This document shows, piece by piece, positions 18,144 through 31,900 of a DNA stretch of 64,000 nt; within the stretch, counting starts at the first letter, position 1, and each line of letters starts with the position of its first letter. The notes under the pieces were generated by a model that did no database searches, was not told where the DNA came from, and saw only the letters and a program-made list of their open reading frames with translations. Made by a program: the position numbers and the translations under genes. Origin of the DNA: Dimorphilus gyrociliatus. Its lineage: Eukaryota > Animalia > Annelida. The stretch is taken from the NCBI GenBank assembly GCA_904063045.1, contig CAJFCJ010000025.1:124001-188000 (forward strand). Direction: 5' to 3'.

Positions 18144-18595
18144 TTTAAAAATAAAAAACTGCTGAAATAAATATTCTGTTGCTTTTAATGTTGTTATTAT
18201 ACAAAGTAATTAAAAGTAATTTACTAAGAAAAGTCGAATTACATGAATCGAATAATTTTCATATCTTTCTTTCTATTTTTGTGTTGAACTATTTCTGTTG
18301 GTATTGTATTAAAATGTAGCAAGTATATAATGGCAAATCAAGTGTTAAAGCATATTAGATATTACTAATATATATTAATATTTGTATATACTGTATATAT
18401 ACATATGTAGTCAGGTATATAGTGTATTCTATATCACAGAAGAATGTTTTTTGAAAAGACCTTTACTTTGCATAACTATATATATATATATATACTGTAT
18501 ATATACTAATATATGTAAAATATCTTCTTGAATGAATGCAATAGCTTTTGTTCTGGAAGTGCTACCATTCAATTGTCTCGTTGTTTTCAGTAGTT

Positions 18596-19814
18596 TTAAA
18601 CGCGAATACGGAATGAGCTGTTAATATTAATAGAACGTTATTTTCAATATTAAAAACACTTAAAAATTTGTTTATATATTTACTTGACGAAATCTGGTGC
18701 CTTGGATATAACATGTTCAAATTCGGCAAAGGATAAAGCTCCATCGTTGTCAAGATCGGCTTCTTCTAGTATCTATAGATAAAAAAAAATATTTGCATAG
18801 TTACAAAATAGTAATAAATATTTGATATATTATAATAGGTAGATATAGTAGAAAACAGGCTTTAATCCTAAATAGATCGATTCTGTTTAGAATAAGCTTT
18901 TAATATTCGCAAAATAGAAGAAAAAACACAATTAATGGACAGATATTCGTCGCAATTCAAACTTTAGTTCTTAAACACGATCAGGTTATTTATAAACAAA
19001 AATTTATAGTTGCTCCTATCTTTAAGTGTACATAAAATTTGATAAGACTTTAAAAGTACTAACGTTGGAAATTAATTGTTCTAGGTCGTCTGCTTCCAAT
19101 ACCTCATTACCAGTTAGGTGATTCACGACGTTTTTCAAATCACCTCTAGAAAGTACATCGTCATCATCAAAATCTGTTTGTTTTGGATAAAGAGAATAAG
19201 ATGTTAAATAGGGTCTCTTTAAAAGTTAATTTTTCGTTTTAAGAATATAATTTAATTACCGTAAATGCGAAATGCGTATTCAACTTTGACATGCTTTGGT
19301 GCAGCTTCTGAAAAAACGCTCATCATATCTAGGAAGTCTTCGAACGACATATCTCCACTTGATGTCGAGGAAAACACTTTACAGATCCTTTCATTAAAAG
19401 GATTAGCCTTTAATTCTGGCAAACTCATGATAACATCCATATCGAGGCGTCCGTCTCGATTCGCATCAACGAATGACGGATTAAGTTGTCGAAACTTCTT
19501 ATAGACACTAAACAAAAGTTTGATTTTAAAAATAATTTATTTATATCCAATATACAATAATAAATTGATGAACTTACTGTAAAATTTCTTTTTTCGTGAA
19601 ATATGTCAATTCCTGTTATCAATAAAGTACGTCAAATCGTGACTTAGATTACGGAACTAATTTAACGCGAAATTGAGAATAAGTGAAAATTGGTCACTTT
19701 AACTCATTTCTTAGAGATACAAATTTTTAATTTTAATGATAGTAGAATGAAAATGTTACTAACTTGGTATTCTTCAAGTTGTCTGTCATCAAACACACTG
19801 CCTTGGTTTCCCAT
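18596..19814 (-). CDS. CIB1: Calcium- and integrin-binding EF-hand protein (CIB1-like), 6 exons
   Basis: Myristoylation N-terminus MGNQGS, LEEYQ|[50 protein letters not shown]|[21 protein letters not shown] and C-terminus APDFVNSFRIRV*. Confidence 0.9.
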
Positions 19815-19997
19815 TGTATAAATTCTGGAGATAAATAAATGCTGTTTACAAAAACGTTCGATGAAAAGCAACAAAAGCAACCGGTCACTCACTCCTATTC
19901 ACCGGTTATTGATATGTACACTAAAATGGTGGATATAGGAGGCGCGCTATGACGTGTGGTTTTTCTTTTTCCAATATTACCGAAAACTCTTATTAAA
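19815..19997. promoter_or_regulatory. Putative bidirectional promoter CIB1/MFSD14
   Basis: Head-to-head ATGs 183 bp apart, with a GC-rich GGCGCGCTATGACGT core. Confidence 0.6.
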
Positions 19998-22631
19998 ATG
20001 AGAATCAAAAAGCCTAAAAGGCTATTAAATAGTCTGAACCCTTTCAACATATTTAAGAAACACGGAAATGGTGGGAGTAAGGATACAAACTCTGTAAGTA
20101 TTGATGAAATCTTCAATATTAATATTCAGAATTTTACTCACTATTTCTTAAAATTATTTTAATTTTATGTTACAGTCGTCCGACGCTATACCTGCAAGTG
20201 TCTACCATGCTCTAGTTATAATTTTCTTGGAATTTTTTAGTTGGGGTCTTCTTACCTTGCCGATTATTACAGTAAGGGTAGAGTTGATTCTTTCCAGAGC
20301 TACTAACAACATGTTAATTTTTGCTTTAGGTGCTTAAAAAAACATTTGACACCCATACACTGTTGATGAACGGTATTATTCAAGGCATAAAGGTTTGTTT
20401 ATAAGATGGTCAAGAGCGTCGTAATTAATAATATTTATTTGTTTCAGGGCTTTTTATCCTTTTTATCAGCTCCACTAATAGGTGCCTTATCCGATATATG
20501 GGGAAGAAAACCTTTTTTATTATTAACTGTTACTTTTACTTGTGCTCCTATACCTCTTATGAAATTTAGTCCATGGTGAGTAACAACAAAACTGTTTCCC
20601 ATCTTCAAACAGGGTCTAAGATGAATAATACATGGAAAAGAGCATTAACAATCTCAAACGTTCTTTATGTTAACTACCTATTTTAGAATATTATAAATCA
20701 TTTACCCTATTTAATTATTTATAATATCTGTACAAATTTTTTTCTTTTATAGGTGGTATTTCGCCGTTATTTCCATTTCCGGTATATTCACAGTAACTTT
20801 CAGCGTTGTTTTTGCTTACGTCTCTGATGTAACAACTGGGGAAGAAAGAAATTTTGCCTATGGTTTAGTTTCAGCCACTTTTGCTGGTAAGAGGCTTATT
20901 TAAATAACTATTATTTCTATAAAGGTGTAATTAGAAGGTATTAATGTATCGTTATATTCAAGTGTAAAATAGAAAACTCCTGCCTTTCCTTTTCTTAATT
21001 TATTAGAATTTTAGGAGAGTATATTTTTTTTGATAAATCCCATAAAGAAATAATATATTCATCTTAGCAGATAAATAAATATTTAAGAAACGTCAATAAT
21101 GTAGTATTCTACAAATGTTATCTCTATTTTTTTTCTTATTGATTTTAATAGATTAAAGAAAAAAAAATAGATGACAATTACTTATATTATAAAAAAAGAA
21201 GTATATTATTAAAACTATATAGGAACAGCATATTTATGGAATAAGACAATTTTTCATTTCAAGCTGTTGTTCAATTAGATATTGTTTCAATTTTATCACG
21301 TCATTTTGCTATAATTATGTATATAAATTATAATGGGAAAAAAAACATGAGCTTTACGTCATTAGATTTTACATGTATGAGAATTAAATAATGGAATATC
21401 TATCCTTTTTAAGATTAAGTTAATGAATATCTTATACTTAAGGCTATAGTAGAGATATATACATAATCTATGTATCAATTTGTTTATTCTTGTTTTATTT
21501 GTTACAGCTAGTTTAGTAACGTCTCCAGCAATAGGTGCTCACTTGTCTCGGGTTTACAGCGATAATTTTGTTGTGGCCTTGGCGACATCTATAGCAATAC
21601 TGGATATAATTTTTATTCTAGTCTTTGTTCCGGAATCCTTACCGGAGAAATTGAGACCCAGTTCATGGGGTTCGCAAATCTCTTGGGAGAAGGCTGATCC
21701 TTTCGGTGCTCTACGGAAAATTGGTCATGACCCACTGATATTGATATTGTGCATAACAGTTTTCCTATCATATCTACCGGAAGCCGGCGAATATTCTTCA
21801 TTCTTTGTCTATTTAAAGTTAGTTATGGGCTTTGATGAGGAGAGCGTTGCATTATATATGGCAGTTGTAGGAGTTTTAAGTGTCATAGCTCAAACAGCTG
21901 TATTATCCATGCTTATGCATCATTTTGGGGCCAAGCATTCGATTATTATAGGCCTGACTTTTGAGATGCTTCAGTTAGCCATATTTGGTTTTGGGAGTCA
22001 AACTTGGCTAATGTGGATGGCTGGTGGCGTTGCGGCGCTTGGTTCTATAACCTATCCAGCCATATCAGCCTTTGTTAGTTCGCATGCCGAAGCTGATCAA
22101 CAAGGCGTCGCTCAGGGTATGATAACTGGTATTAGGGGCTTATGTAACGGCTTAGGTCCAGCCGTTTTCGGGTTAATTTTCTATTTGTTCGACGTCAACT
22201 TGAATGAAACAAATAATAATGAAGATGACAACTCTGTGCCTAACGCCACAACATCAACAACACCTCGATCTAGAAATGTAAGAATTGAATTACTTTTTTA
22301 ACCTCTCCCTTTTCCTCAAATAAATTTTTTTCGGAAATTTAATTTTAGCTCTCAATAATTTCTTTTTTTTTCACAGGGAATACTAACTGGGCCACCATTT
22401 GCCTTTGGTGCCATTCTTGTAATTTTGGCTATTATTGTTGCAATGTATATAAATAAATCTTCATCTCCTCAATCCAGTAGTAGAAGAGTTTCTGGTTCAG
22501 GAGAGAGTGGATCTAGTAAGTCTAATTCTTGTTTAAATTTAGAAACAACGTAATAAATTGAATTTTTCTTTTATTCAGAACCGTATAGTTATGAAATCCA
22601 GCCTCTAATTTCTGAAGAAGAGGTGTTATAA
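19998..22631 (+). CDS. MFSD14: MFS transporter MFSD14/HIAT1, multi-exon
   Basis: ASVYHALVIIFLEFFSWGLLT, IGALSDIWGRKPFLLLTV, FAYVSDVT, FVPESLPEKLRP, YLPEAGEYSSFFVYL, QQGVAQGMITGIRGLCNGLGPA, GPPFAFGA. Ends EEEVL*. Confidence 0.93.
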
Positions 22632-24522
22632 ACTAAATATTTAAGAAAAACAAAAAAGGACAAGAGAAAAAAGTTTCTTTTCAAAAAGATTTCAAATACT
22701 CTCCTATTCCATTAAAAAAAGACTATATATATATTTACGTGCATACATACATACATACATACATACAAACAAAAAAACTGCTTGATTTTAAGTTGAATAC
22801 GGCAAAAGAAATTGAAATTTAAGCTTCGTCGCTTGATATTTTTTTTTAATCTAATGAAGAGCGGTGTTGGAAAAAGCTGCCTGTAGCTGTCTTATAAATT
22901 ATAGTTCGTAACTTTGTAGAAAGGATAAATACAAACAGCAACAAAAACTAAAAAATAAACTAATAAATAAATAAATACAAATTTTCTCACTCAAATTCAT
23001 AAAATGAATCTTTTATATAGGTAATGTTTCTTATGTGGAAATTCATATGTAAGTATATATACAATATTGGCTTGTATATATACTGTATATATAAATATTC
23101 TTTCCTATTTCAAAAAAATACGAATATTACAATTATGAATAAATGTTACTAATGTGAATGATGTATTATTGTACTACTAAATTTATTAACTAACATTTTA
23201 ATGAGCAATTAGAGGAAGATGCTCGACTTCGAAGAGTCAGTCGTTCTTTCAACTTATTAAATTAAAAAAGAGAATTTAGTGTTTCATTACTTCAACATGA
23301 CAAATTAACAGACAAATTGACTGATAGATTCTTTTACAGTTACGCTACAATGAAAATAGGGAAAGTGAAGAAGATAACTAATTAATTTTAATGATAAGAC
23401 TATTTATTTAGATTTATGCTGTTTAGAAAAATATAATCACCAGATTTTTTAGGCCATATGTTTCATTTGTTTTATTTAAATATATAAATATATATAATTA
23501 TATAATTATTGTATATTAAATATTATTAATTAATCTTTGGCTGAGAAATAATCAATAGATGGATTGGAGAAATACTTTTCTCAAATATGATTATAGATAT
23601 TGAATAGTATTTATATGTCTATTAATATATATATATATATAGATATATACAGTATTTACTGCATGTAAAAAATCAATAGTAAACTTATGCACTTTATTTT
23701 TGTTGCAATAGAACAAATGACTTATATTTTTATCTCTCTCTATACATTTAATGCTGAATATATCGTATTTATCTAACTTACAGTCATTTCATTAAACTTA
23801 CTATGTTGGTAATACTTTACTTTTTCTTCTCTCTTACTTTATACAACATTATTATAATAGTTGAAGAGGAACGTTAAATTTACCTTAATATCTTAAATTA
23901 AATTTACATAGTAAAAAAATCAGGTTCTTTTTAAGCTACTTGATTTTTTTTTTTTAAAAAAACAACATTAACTTTTTTTTCTAAATTTCTATATAGTTTT
24001 ACTCTGATGAATATTTCTTTATTATTTAAATTTGTTTAGGCCTAGTTTAAAAAAATATATATAATCATGGAAATTTCTTTTTTATCTGCATGCATATAAT
24101 ACAATTGTATATTGTATATTATATTTATGATACTATATTTAATATCTATTTAAAAGTTAAGAGATTTATTATACTCTAAATTTTAGATTATGTTACTCAA
24201 GGTATTAATATATCATATATCTTTTAAGATATTTAATTTCTTCATAGATCACGCAATTTATATTCCACATTCGTTAATCTATTGATCATCCACTTTTATA
24301 AATTTTTGACTTTCTTATTGTCAGATTTATAAGCTTAATGGCCCTAAAATAGGCCCTTTTATTTTCTCTTCTTCTTTTTGGCATTAAATCTGTACCGAAA
24401 AGTATAGGACTATAAGAGGAAAAAAACCTCAAAACTCTATAAAACCTTCACTTTTCTCTTACTCTATCTAATGCCAGAGTTTTCTCCTAACTTACTGCAA
24501 ACCAAATTAAGGTAGGCCTAAA

Positions 24523-24534
24523 CACGTGACCAAT
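24523..24534 (+). promoter_or_regulatory. E-box (CACGTG) plus CCAAT, possible upstream promoter of the SDR gene (with 5'UTR exons)
   Basis: CACGTGACCAAT, followed by donor-like sites (about 24727, 25112) and the acceptor ttttttag at about 25217 before the ATG at 25273. Confidence 0.35.
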
Positions 24535-25272
24535 TCTTATAAATATACGTTACAGCTTTGGCAATACGCCAGTTTCATGTATAACGCAGAATCGTTTTTT
24601 TCTCTATGCGATATCGTGAATTTTATATTGTTGATTTCAGTCGAATAAATTCATAATTTTTTGAAAATTAACTGGTAAAAAGTAGAATAGTTTGTGAATT
24701 TGAACTGAAATTGAAACAACAAATCAGTAAGATGAGCTTCTTTTCTTATTTTATCTTTTATAATCGTTACATTAACAGATTAGTATAGAACGAAGTCTAA
24801 AATTTTTCAAAGGAACATATGATAAATACTGAATCAATAATTTACTATCAGACTATCGAAAGAGTTTAAAAACGATTGATTTAGGAAGAAAACTCCATAG
24901 ACAAGATTTTACTATTGAATTCAATATCTCATCATTATAAAACAACTTGTATATCTTTTTTCTTATTTTTTTTCTCTTTTACTCTCTCTCTCTCTCTCTC
25001 ACTCACTCTCCTTTCTCTCTCGCTCTCTCTCTCTCTCACTCTTCACTATCTCTTTATATACAATAAATTTTTTTTATAGATATACAGAACATTAAAGACT
25101 TTATTGAACCTGGTAAGGATAAACAATTTATAAGGTTAAATACTAAAAATCCAACAATTAAGGCTTTTATATAAACTATGGGTAAGAGTTTTAACAGTTT
25201 TTTTCACCTTTTTTAGAAGAGGGAATACAAAGTTTTTGACAACATCTAGAAAATCAGAGATAAATTGTTAAC

Positions 25273-26176
25273 ATGAAGAAATTTATTGCTTTAGCCGTTC
25301 TTGTATACGCTATTTATTCTTTTTGGGAACCTTTTGACCCTGAAAATGTTAATGGAAAGAATGTTGTTCTGACTGGGGCAACTAGTGGCATAGGAGAGCA
25401 GATGGCTTATGAATTCGCTAAATTAGGGGCTAATCTAATCATTACTGCTAGAAGGGAGAACAGATTACGTGAGGTTATTGCAAAATGTAAAGAGCTTAAT
25501 CCAAATGCCCAGTATCACTATTTTCCTGCCGATATGAGTAACATGGAAGATATAAATGGCCTTATAAAGGTAAGTGTATTTCCTTTATATATTAATATAT
25601 ATTAGTATATACATATATATATATACAGTATATATCAGTATATATATAAATAGAAGAATCTTTCCTATGTAAATAAATTCGCCGCAGATGCATACATACA
25701 TACGAATACATATTAGTATATACATTTACTGTACATCTATATATATTTATGCATAGAGATGTTCATAAATTCGTCTATCTTTTCATCACTACCATAGTTA
25801 ATCATTGGATTTGACAAGATTTATAGTGTTTCGCCCCCTTTCCCCCACGCCTCGTTCCCTTCCCCCTTATCCCCTTAACGTAGGCATGTAAAATTGTCTA
25901 TATTATGCCCTAAACTATTGTTTCTCTCTATTTTTTTTATGTAGGATAAATAATAAAGTATTATTTATTTCTATGGAAACATAAGAGTATCAGATATTGT
26001 TTTTATTAAAAAAAGTCATATGTACCATATGTTTAAATTGTGCATGCTCGGAAAATGTACTCTTGGATAACTCTTTAATTATTAAAAGTAGTCCATCGCA
26101 TCAATAGTATGTCTCTCTTTCTATACAATAAAAAGTAAATTAACATATATATACAGTATATACTTTCGCACTCTCA

Positions 26177-26216
<40 letters not shown>

Positions 26217-27852
26217 GCTCTTCCATCTCAATCTTTTAGCTAATATTCACTCACGATTACATATTTACAACCTTCTTCCACCTTTCACCTCTTCTCTTTA
26301 TCATCTTTCAACCTCTCCTCCTCCTTTTCCTCTTTCTCTACATCTAGCTACCCCAATTCTACTATTCTTATATTAGGTTAACTACGCTCGTCTCTTTTTC
26401 CTTTTTTCTCTTTTTTACGTCGTCTTTTTTATTGATTGTTTTTATTGAAATTATTTAAAGATAACTTTAAGCCTATATTTCCACATCGAACGATGGGAAA
26501 CTGTCCTACTTTAACGCTATTTTGATGTTTATAGGCTTTTCTAATTGTATTATTATAGAAAATATGCACCGTTTAACTTTAATATCTAATGTCTTCCCTT
26601 ACTCATCATGCTCTTCATATGCTTAGAATTGATTCACTTAAACTCTTCTTATTCTCTTAAGACCATATAGAGTAGATTTTAAGTAATTTTTTATTATTCG
26701 TGTAAGCCTATATGACCTATAAGTTACTACTTGTTTTAGAGGATAAGAAATGAGGGAAAAGAGAGAGCTAGTGTGTGTGTTTGAGCGTGTGTGAAGAGGG
26801 GGAAGGGGAGGGGGAAGGGGAGAGTATATATATAAAAAGTGTAAGCTTTTGTTCACAACATAGTTTTTATAAAATAAACGAAATTCGTATTGAATGATAT
26901 TTTAAACGTCAATGTGATTATAATCTCGTTCGGTTTATCAAGCATCCCATCCAGCAACTTTTATTAATATAAAAGAGGCTAATTTATTGACCCTAATTAT
27001 CAATACAAGCAAATGTAACGAGATTTTGATGAGTCTAAGTGGTTAATATTCGTATTTGAATGTGCATATTTTGTTTGCCTTAATACCGAATACGACTAAT
27101 TTATAGAATTATAAGCAAGTTTATACCACTCATGTATTTGAAACCTTAATGAATAAATATGATTTTCATTCAAATAGTAATAATAATAATAATAATAATG
27201 AGCAAAACAACAGTTATTTCTTTAATGAAACAATTATGATCATAAATCATTCATAGTCATTTTGTTTTTTTTTTAGTTTACAAAGACCCAATGGGAAAGC
27301 CTTGATTATCTTGTGTTAAATCACATTCTTGTGCACAATCTTGGCTGGTGGATTGGATCGAATACCAATGCTACTCTTCTAAATACGATTATGGATACAA
27401 ATTTCAAGGCCTATGTTACCTTGTCATCTGGGCTTATGTCTTTAGTGGAGAAAGCCAGTGGAAGATTAGTTGTTATGAACTCCGTTGCTGGCAAGATAGG
27501 CCAACCCTATTTAGCGGCCTACAGCGCTTCTAAATTTGCTTTGAACGGTTTCTTTCAAGCTCTAGGAGCTGAACTAAAGTTGAAAGAAGCAAAAGCAACC
27601 ATTACCAATTGTATAATTGGTTTAATTAATACCGAAAATGCTGTAAATAATTTAAAAAATTTTGGTCTGGGAAAAATAGTGAAGGCTTTTTCTCCGGCGA
27701 CACCGCAAGATTGTGCGTACCACGTGATTAAAGGAGCATCGAATAAAAGAGAGACTGTTTATTTCCCCCTAACTACACCTTTTCTTCTTCATTTTGATTA
27801 CTTTTTTCATTCATTATCGGAGAAGCTCCTCTTTTATTTTTATCAACTATGA
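25273..27852 (+). CDS. HSD11B1L: Short-chain dehydrogenase, 11-beta-hydroxysteroid dehydrogenase 1-like, about 290 aa, 2 exons (25273-25569, 27277-27852)
   Basis: N-terminal anchor, TGATSGIG Rossmann motif, ARR (NADP preference), LDYLVLNHI typical of the 11beta-HSD1 family, catalytic Ser in NSVAG and YSASK. The phase-0 intron AAG|gtaagt ... ttttag| joins the ORFs. Confidence 0.87.
26182..26212. repeat. (CT)n microsatellite in the SDR intron
   Basis: About 15 CT units. Confidence 0.9.
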
Positions 27853-28533
27853 AATTGATAATAATCGTTCTACTAATAACGACATCTTCTTATTGTTGTT
27901 GTCAAGCTCATAGATGCTTGAAAGGGTACGCTCGATGGCCTGGAACATCGCTTTGCAGTTGGTATTTTAAATTTTATATTCAAGTAAATAAATATTGAAT
28001 TAAAAAAAATCGTATTTTTCGTTTTCTCTCATTTAGTTTGTCATTAATAATAAATTTCTTTAAGTAATAAGTTAGAGCAGAGTGAAAATTTTCAGGAATG
28101 TAGAATAGAATTTATCGTATCTTTCTTTTATTTGTTTCGCAACTCGTAAAATAAAATTCGAAAATAAATACAAATAAAAAAAGATACTAACATATGATAT
28201 AGGCCTATGGTTATCGTAACTGTCTTTTAGTATTCTTTCATACACCTCCTCCTTTAAATAATAACATATCAAGTACATGTAATAATATGTCTATGTACAC
28301 TATATGCAATTATGAAATTGTGTTTCATATACATTTTATATTTTGTAAAAGGGCCGTGCTATCCTGGAACATACGCCGATACTAACGAGCATGATGAAGG
28401 TTTTTGTCGACCTTGCCCTAGAGGATTTTATCAACCCTATTACACTAGAGACTACTGCCTCCCCTGCTATTATAATATGTTTCAACTCGGAGCTAAATAT
28501 TGCGCATCTCCTCCTGCAAAGAAGTTCTTTTAG
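27849..28533 (+). CDS. Small secreted Cys/Tyr-rich protein, 96 aa, 2 exons (27849-27957, 28352-28533), with ephrin-receptor-like/TNFR-like CxxC repeats
   Basis: Signal peptide MKLIIIVLLITTSSYCCCQA. The phase-1 intron A|gttggt ... gtaaaag|GG creates SLCRPCYPGTY, which parallels the next repeat FCRPCPRGFYQ. Eight Cys lie in the mature part. AATAAA is at 28568. Confidence 0.75.
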
Positions 28534-28907
28534 TAAGCGAAAAACAAAGGATGATATTATTACATACAATAAACATACCTTCTCTTATATCTCGAAGTCT
28601 TTATCTCAATATTTGTTTTCTTTTAAGATATAAAAGTATAAATAAGAGACTGAGAAATGTTACGCCCAATTTAGCATCCTTTAGAAATGTTCCTCTAACC
28701 TCCAAAAAAAACATACGTACAAACAAAAGGTCAAAGAGAAAGTATAAAATACGATAATGACGCTTTTCTAACAAAATAAGAGATAAGATATTGACAGGAA
28801 TGTCGGTGGTCTTAGGCTTAGCTTTTTTGTTTTTTCATCCTATTCACTTATTGCATTAAAAATAAACAAGGAATAAATATTTAAATATATTTAAATTATT
28901 GCAAAAT

Positions 28908-31900
28908 ATGGAAATTAAGAGAAAGAAACCTCTATTTATTTATTCGTTTTGGATATTATTTAATAAAAATGGTAAACATCACCTTAGACAGCCATACCTT
29001 TATACACTACTACAAATCTTTCTACCTATAATCTTAGCATTAATTATTGGATTGTCTAAAGTTTAAATACTACTTTTGCATTGAATTATATATATTTTAA
29101 CCTTTAACCTTTACGTTATGACTAAATATAGCTTATGGATAAAAATTACGGAAGCTTATATCATTTTGAATACAGTGATGAATACAATGTTAATATTGAT
29201 AATAATAATAGCAATGTCGATTGGATAAATGGAAGGATTAGTTATTATTTGATTGATTATAAGTAAGAGTAATTTGATTATCTATTGAAGATTCTTCTTG
29301 TTCTTTACATTTAAAAGGAAAAAAACAATACCAATAGACCTAAGAATTCACTCACTAAGAAATTAATGAATATTTACATTGACGAATTGAATATGACTCA
29401 AGGTTAATATTAATGATAATATAGCTAATTGATTGACAATTAATAAGGATCTGTAAATATATAGATTCCAAAAATATCACAAAGTACGAAAATCATAATT
29501 ATATTACACTATTATTCCATTTTAATGAAAGGTTTAATAAGCCATTGAATATTTCATATACAATTAAGTATATTTACTGATATTAATACAAGAATTTCAA
29601 TTTAAATGTGTACATTTATATATACATTTATACGTAATTGAATTTAGCATAGAAAGCAAAGTTAAAGAACCTTCTAATTGGCTATTTGGTCAGATTTTCA
29701 GTAATAATAAAATTATAGAATTATTAAATTTTCAAGATGACAAAAGTCAATTGAAAAAGGTCTATAAAGAATTCAAGAAACAGTTAATTGAGAAATAATT
29801 TAATTACTTATTCAATAGATGGAAGATAAAGAATACTTTGTCCTTCAACTTCAATCATTCGTTGATAAAGCTATAATAAAGCATGTCTTTAACGGTTCTA
29901 AAGATTCTAGATCTATTGTCTTAAAGCCTATACCAACTTTAATAAGTCAATCAACATCCTTAGAAAATATTAAATATATTCTTCCCATGATTTTTATTAT
30001 AACGGTTCTACCTTTTCTATCTTCTTTTATTCGCTTTCCAAATATGGATAAGAAAGTTTTAAAAAGGTAAAAATAAGCAAACTAACCGTATTTTTACTAG
30101 TAAAAGTGTATAATCTTCTTATAAAATCACAGTTTTAGATCGAATCAGATTGTCTATCCGTATTGGACGTCTTGGTTTGCGTACATGTTTTTCGTGCTGA
30201 TGGTAGTACTTGTTACAGTACTATTGTTTTTCTTTTTGGATTTCGGATACGGTGCAATAATAAGTAAATCTTCTCCAACTATAGTTTTTTGTCTATTGAC
30301 AATTTATGTGTGTGATGTTGTTCTTTTTTGCTCTGTTATGTCTTCGTTAATTACTTCGCCGAATATTGCTGTAGCAGTAGCCGATATACTTTTCATTTTG
30401 TCTGCTCTTCCTTATTTTTACTTAAAGAGAGCATATAGGGGATTTATTTCAACTTATTTACCTTGTCTCTTACTTTTTAACGTTGCTTTATTTGATGGAT
30501 TTTACGATATTCTTAGTTGGGAAGAAAAAGGCGGTTCTTCATGGTCTAATATACATCTAGCAGCTCACTCTAATAGTTTGATATCAGTGAAAATTTGCTT
30601 AATTTGCCTTTCGGCATGGTTTCTTATCTTTCTAGTAGTTGCTTTTATCGTTAAACTACTCTATTCTGTACTTAAAGGAGATATGTCTTCACTAAAGGCT
30701 GTTATAACTCTTCTTAGCTGTCAGCACCATATTAACGAATTGAACAGAAGGTATCATCGGATAAATTTCGCCTTAAACTATTCCCTTATGCTCGTTGTTC
30801 ACTTTTCAATTTATACAACACAGATACGCTTCATTTTTAATGATGGAAACGGTTGATACTAGCGAAGTTAGCTCCGTAACATCAGTTATGGGCGAAAGAA
30901 ATATACCAGAACGCGATGTAATTTATTTTAAAAATGTCTTTAAAGAGAAGTTTTACAACGGTGTACCGTCCGGTTTAATTCTTCATGGGATTAATTTGAA
31001 ATGCTACCGTGGAGAATTAACATCCCTAATCGGTTTAGGAGATAATTCTGGACTCGAAGAAATCTTGGAACTGATCGCTGGCTCCTCGAAACCGTTAGAA
31101 GGAACAATCAGCGTTCTAGGTGTGAGAGCCGATTTACCCCTTTGTAGTTGGAATGTTTTTCATTGCCCTTCGAGAAATATTCTTTTTCAGAGATTGACTG
31201 TAAAAGAAAATATTATAAATTTCGCCAAGTTGAAGGGTATTACTAAAGATTCGATGGAAAAATATATAAAACTGGTGTTTGATACCACGCAATTAATAGA
31301 ATTTCAGCATCATTTATTATGCTTGATACCCTACTCATTACAACGGAGATTATTTATTTGTATGATAATCTATACACCTATTCCAGTTGTTAGCATTACC
31401 TAATATTTTTGTAATTATTATCAATAATCTTTATTTTTTTTCTTGTCAATTAATTAATAAGATACTTTTAGAGGAACCAATGAAAGGGCTAGACTATAAT
31501 GAATCGTTAATAATATGGGAAGTTCTAAAGGAAGCCAAATTTAATAGATCAATAATAATTACCTGTAAAAATTTTGATGAAATTGAAGGAAATGCTGATA
31601 GAGTTATTGTTTTAGAAGCTGGCGTGGTTAGATGTTGCGAAGATGTTTCTGATTTAACTTTTAAAAATGGTATTGGTTATGAAATTACTATTTATGGTAA
31701 CGACGACTTTTCATTAAGAATAGATAAAATAGACGAACTCTTTAGTAAAAACTATCCTGATGCAATCATTGTCAATAAGAAGTAATTGATAACATTTAAT
31801 AAGTTTTCACTTTTAAATTATATAGATACTTGTAAAAATAAATAGCTATCTTGAACATCGTATAGTCGTTCCAAACTTAAATGGTCTAGAGATGGCGAAT

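Noticed and set aside
23195-23350. Exon-like minus-strand pieces (RNCKRIYQSICLLICHVE / LKERLTLRSRASSSNCSLK)
   Set aside because: They would need a 38-nt intron, and no start or further exons join in phase.
27820-27852. Possible -1 ribosomal frameshift fusing the SDR to the peptide
   Set aside because: No canonical slippery heptamer or downstream structure, and a fusion would bury the signal peptide.
30751-30823. Apparent frameshift between ABCA ORFs 30185-30856 and 30795-31403
   Set aside because: Resolved by a 73-nt phase-2 GT-AG intron, so it is not evidence of pseudogenisation or programmed frameshifting.
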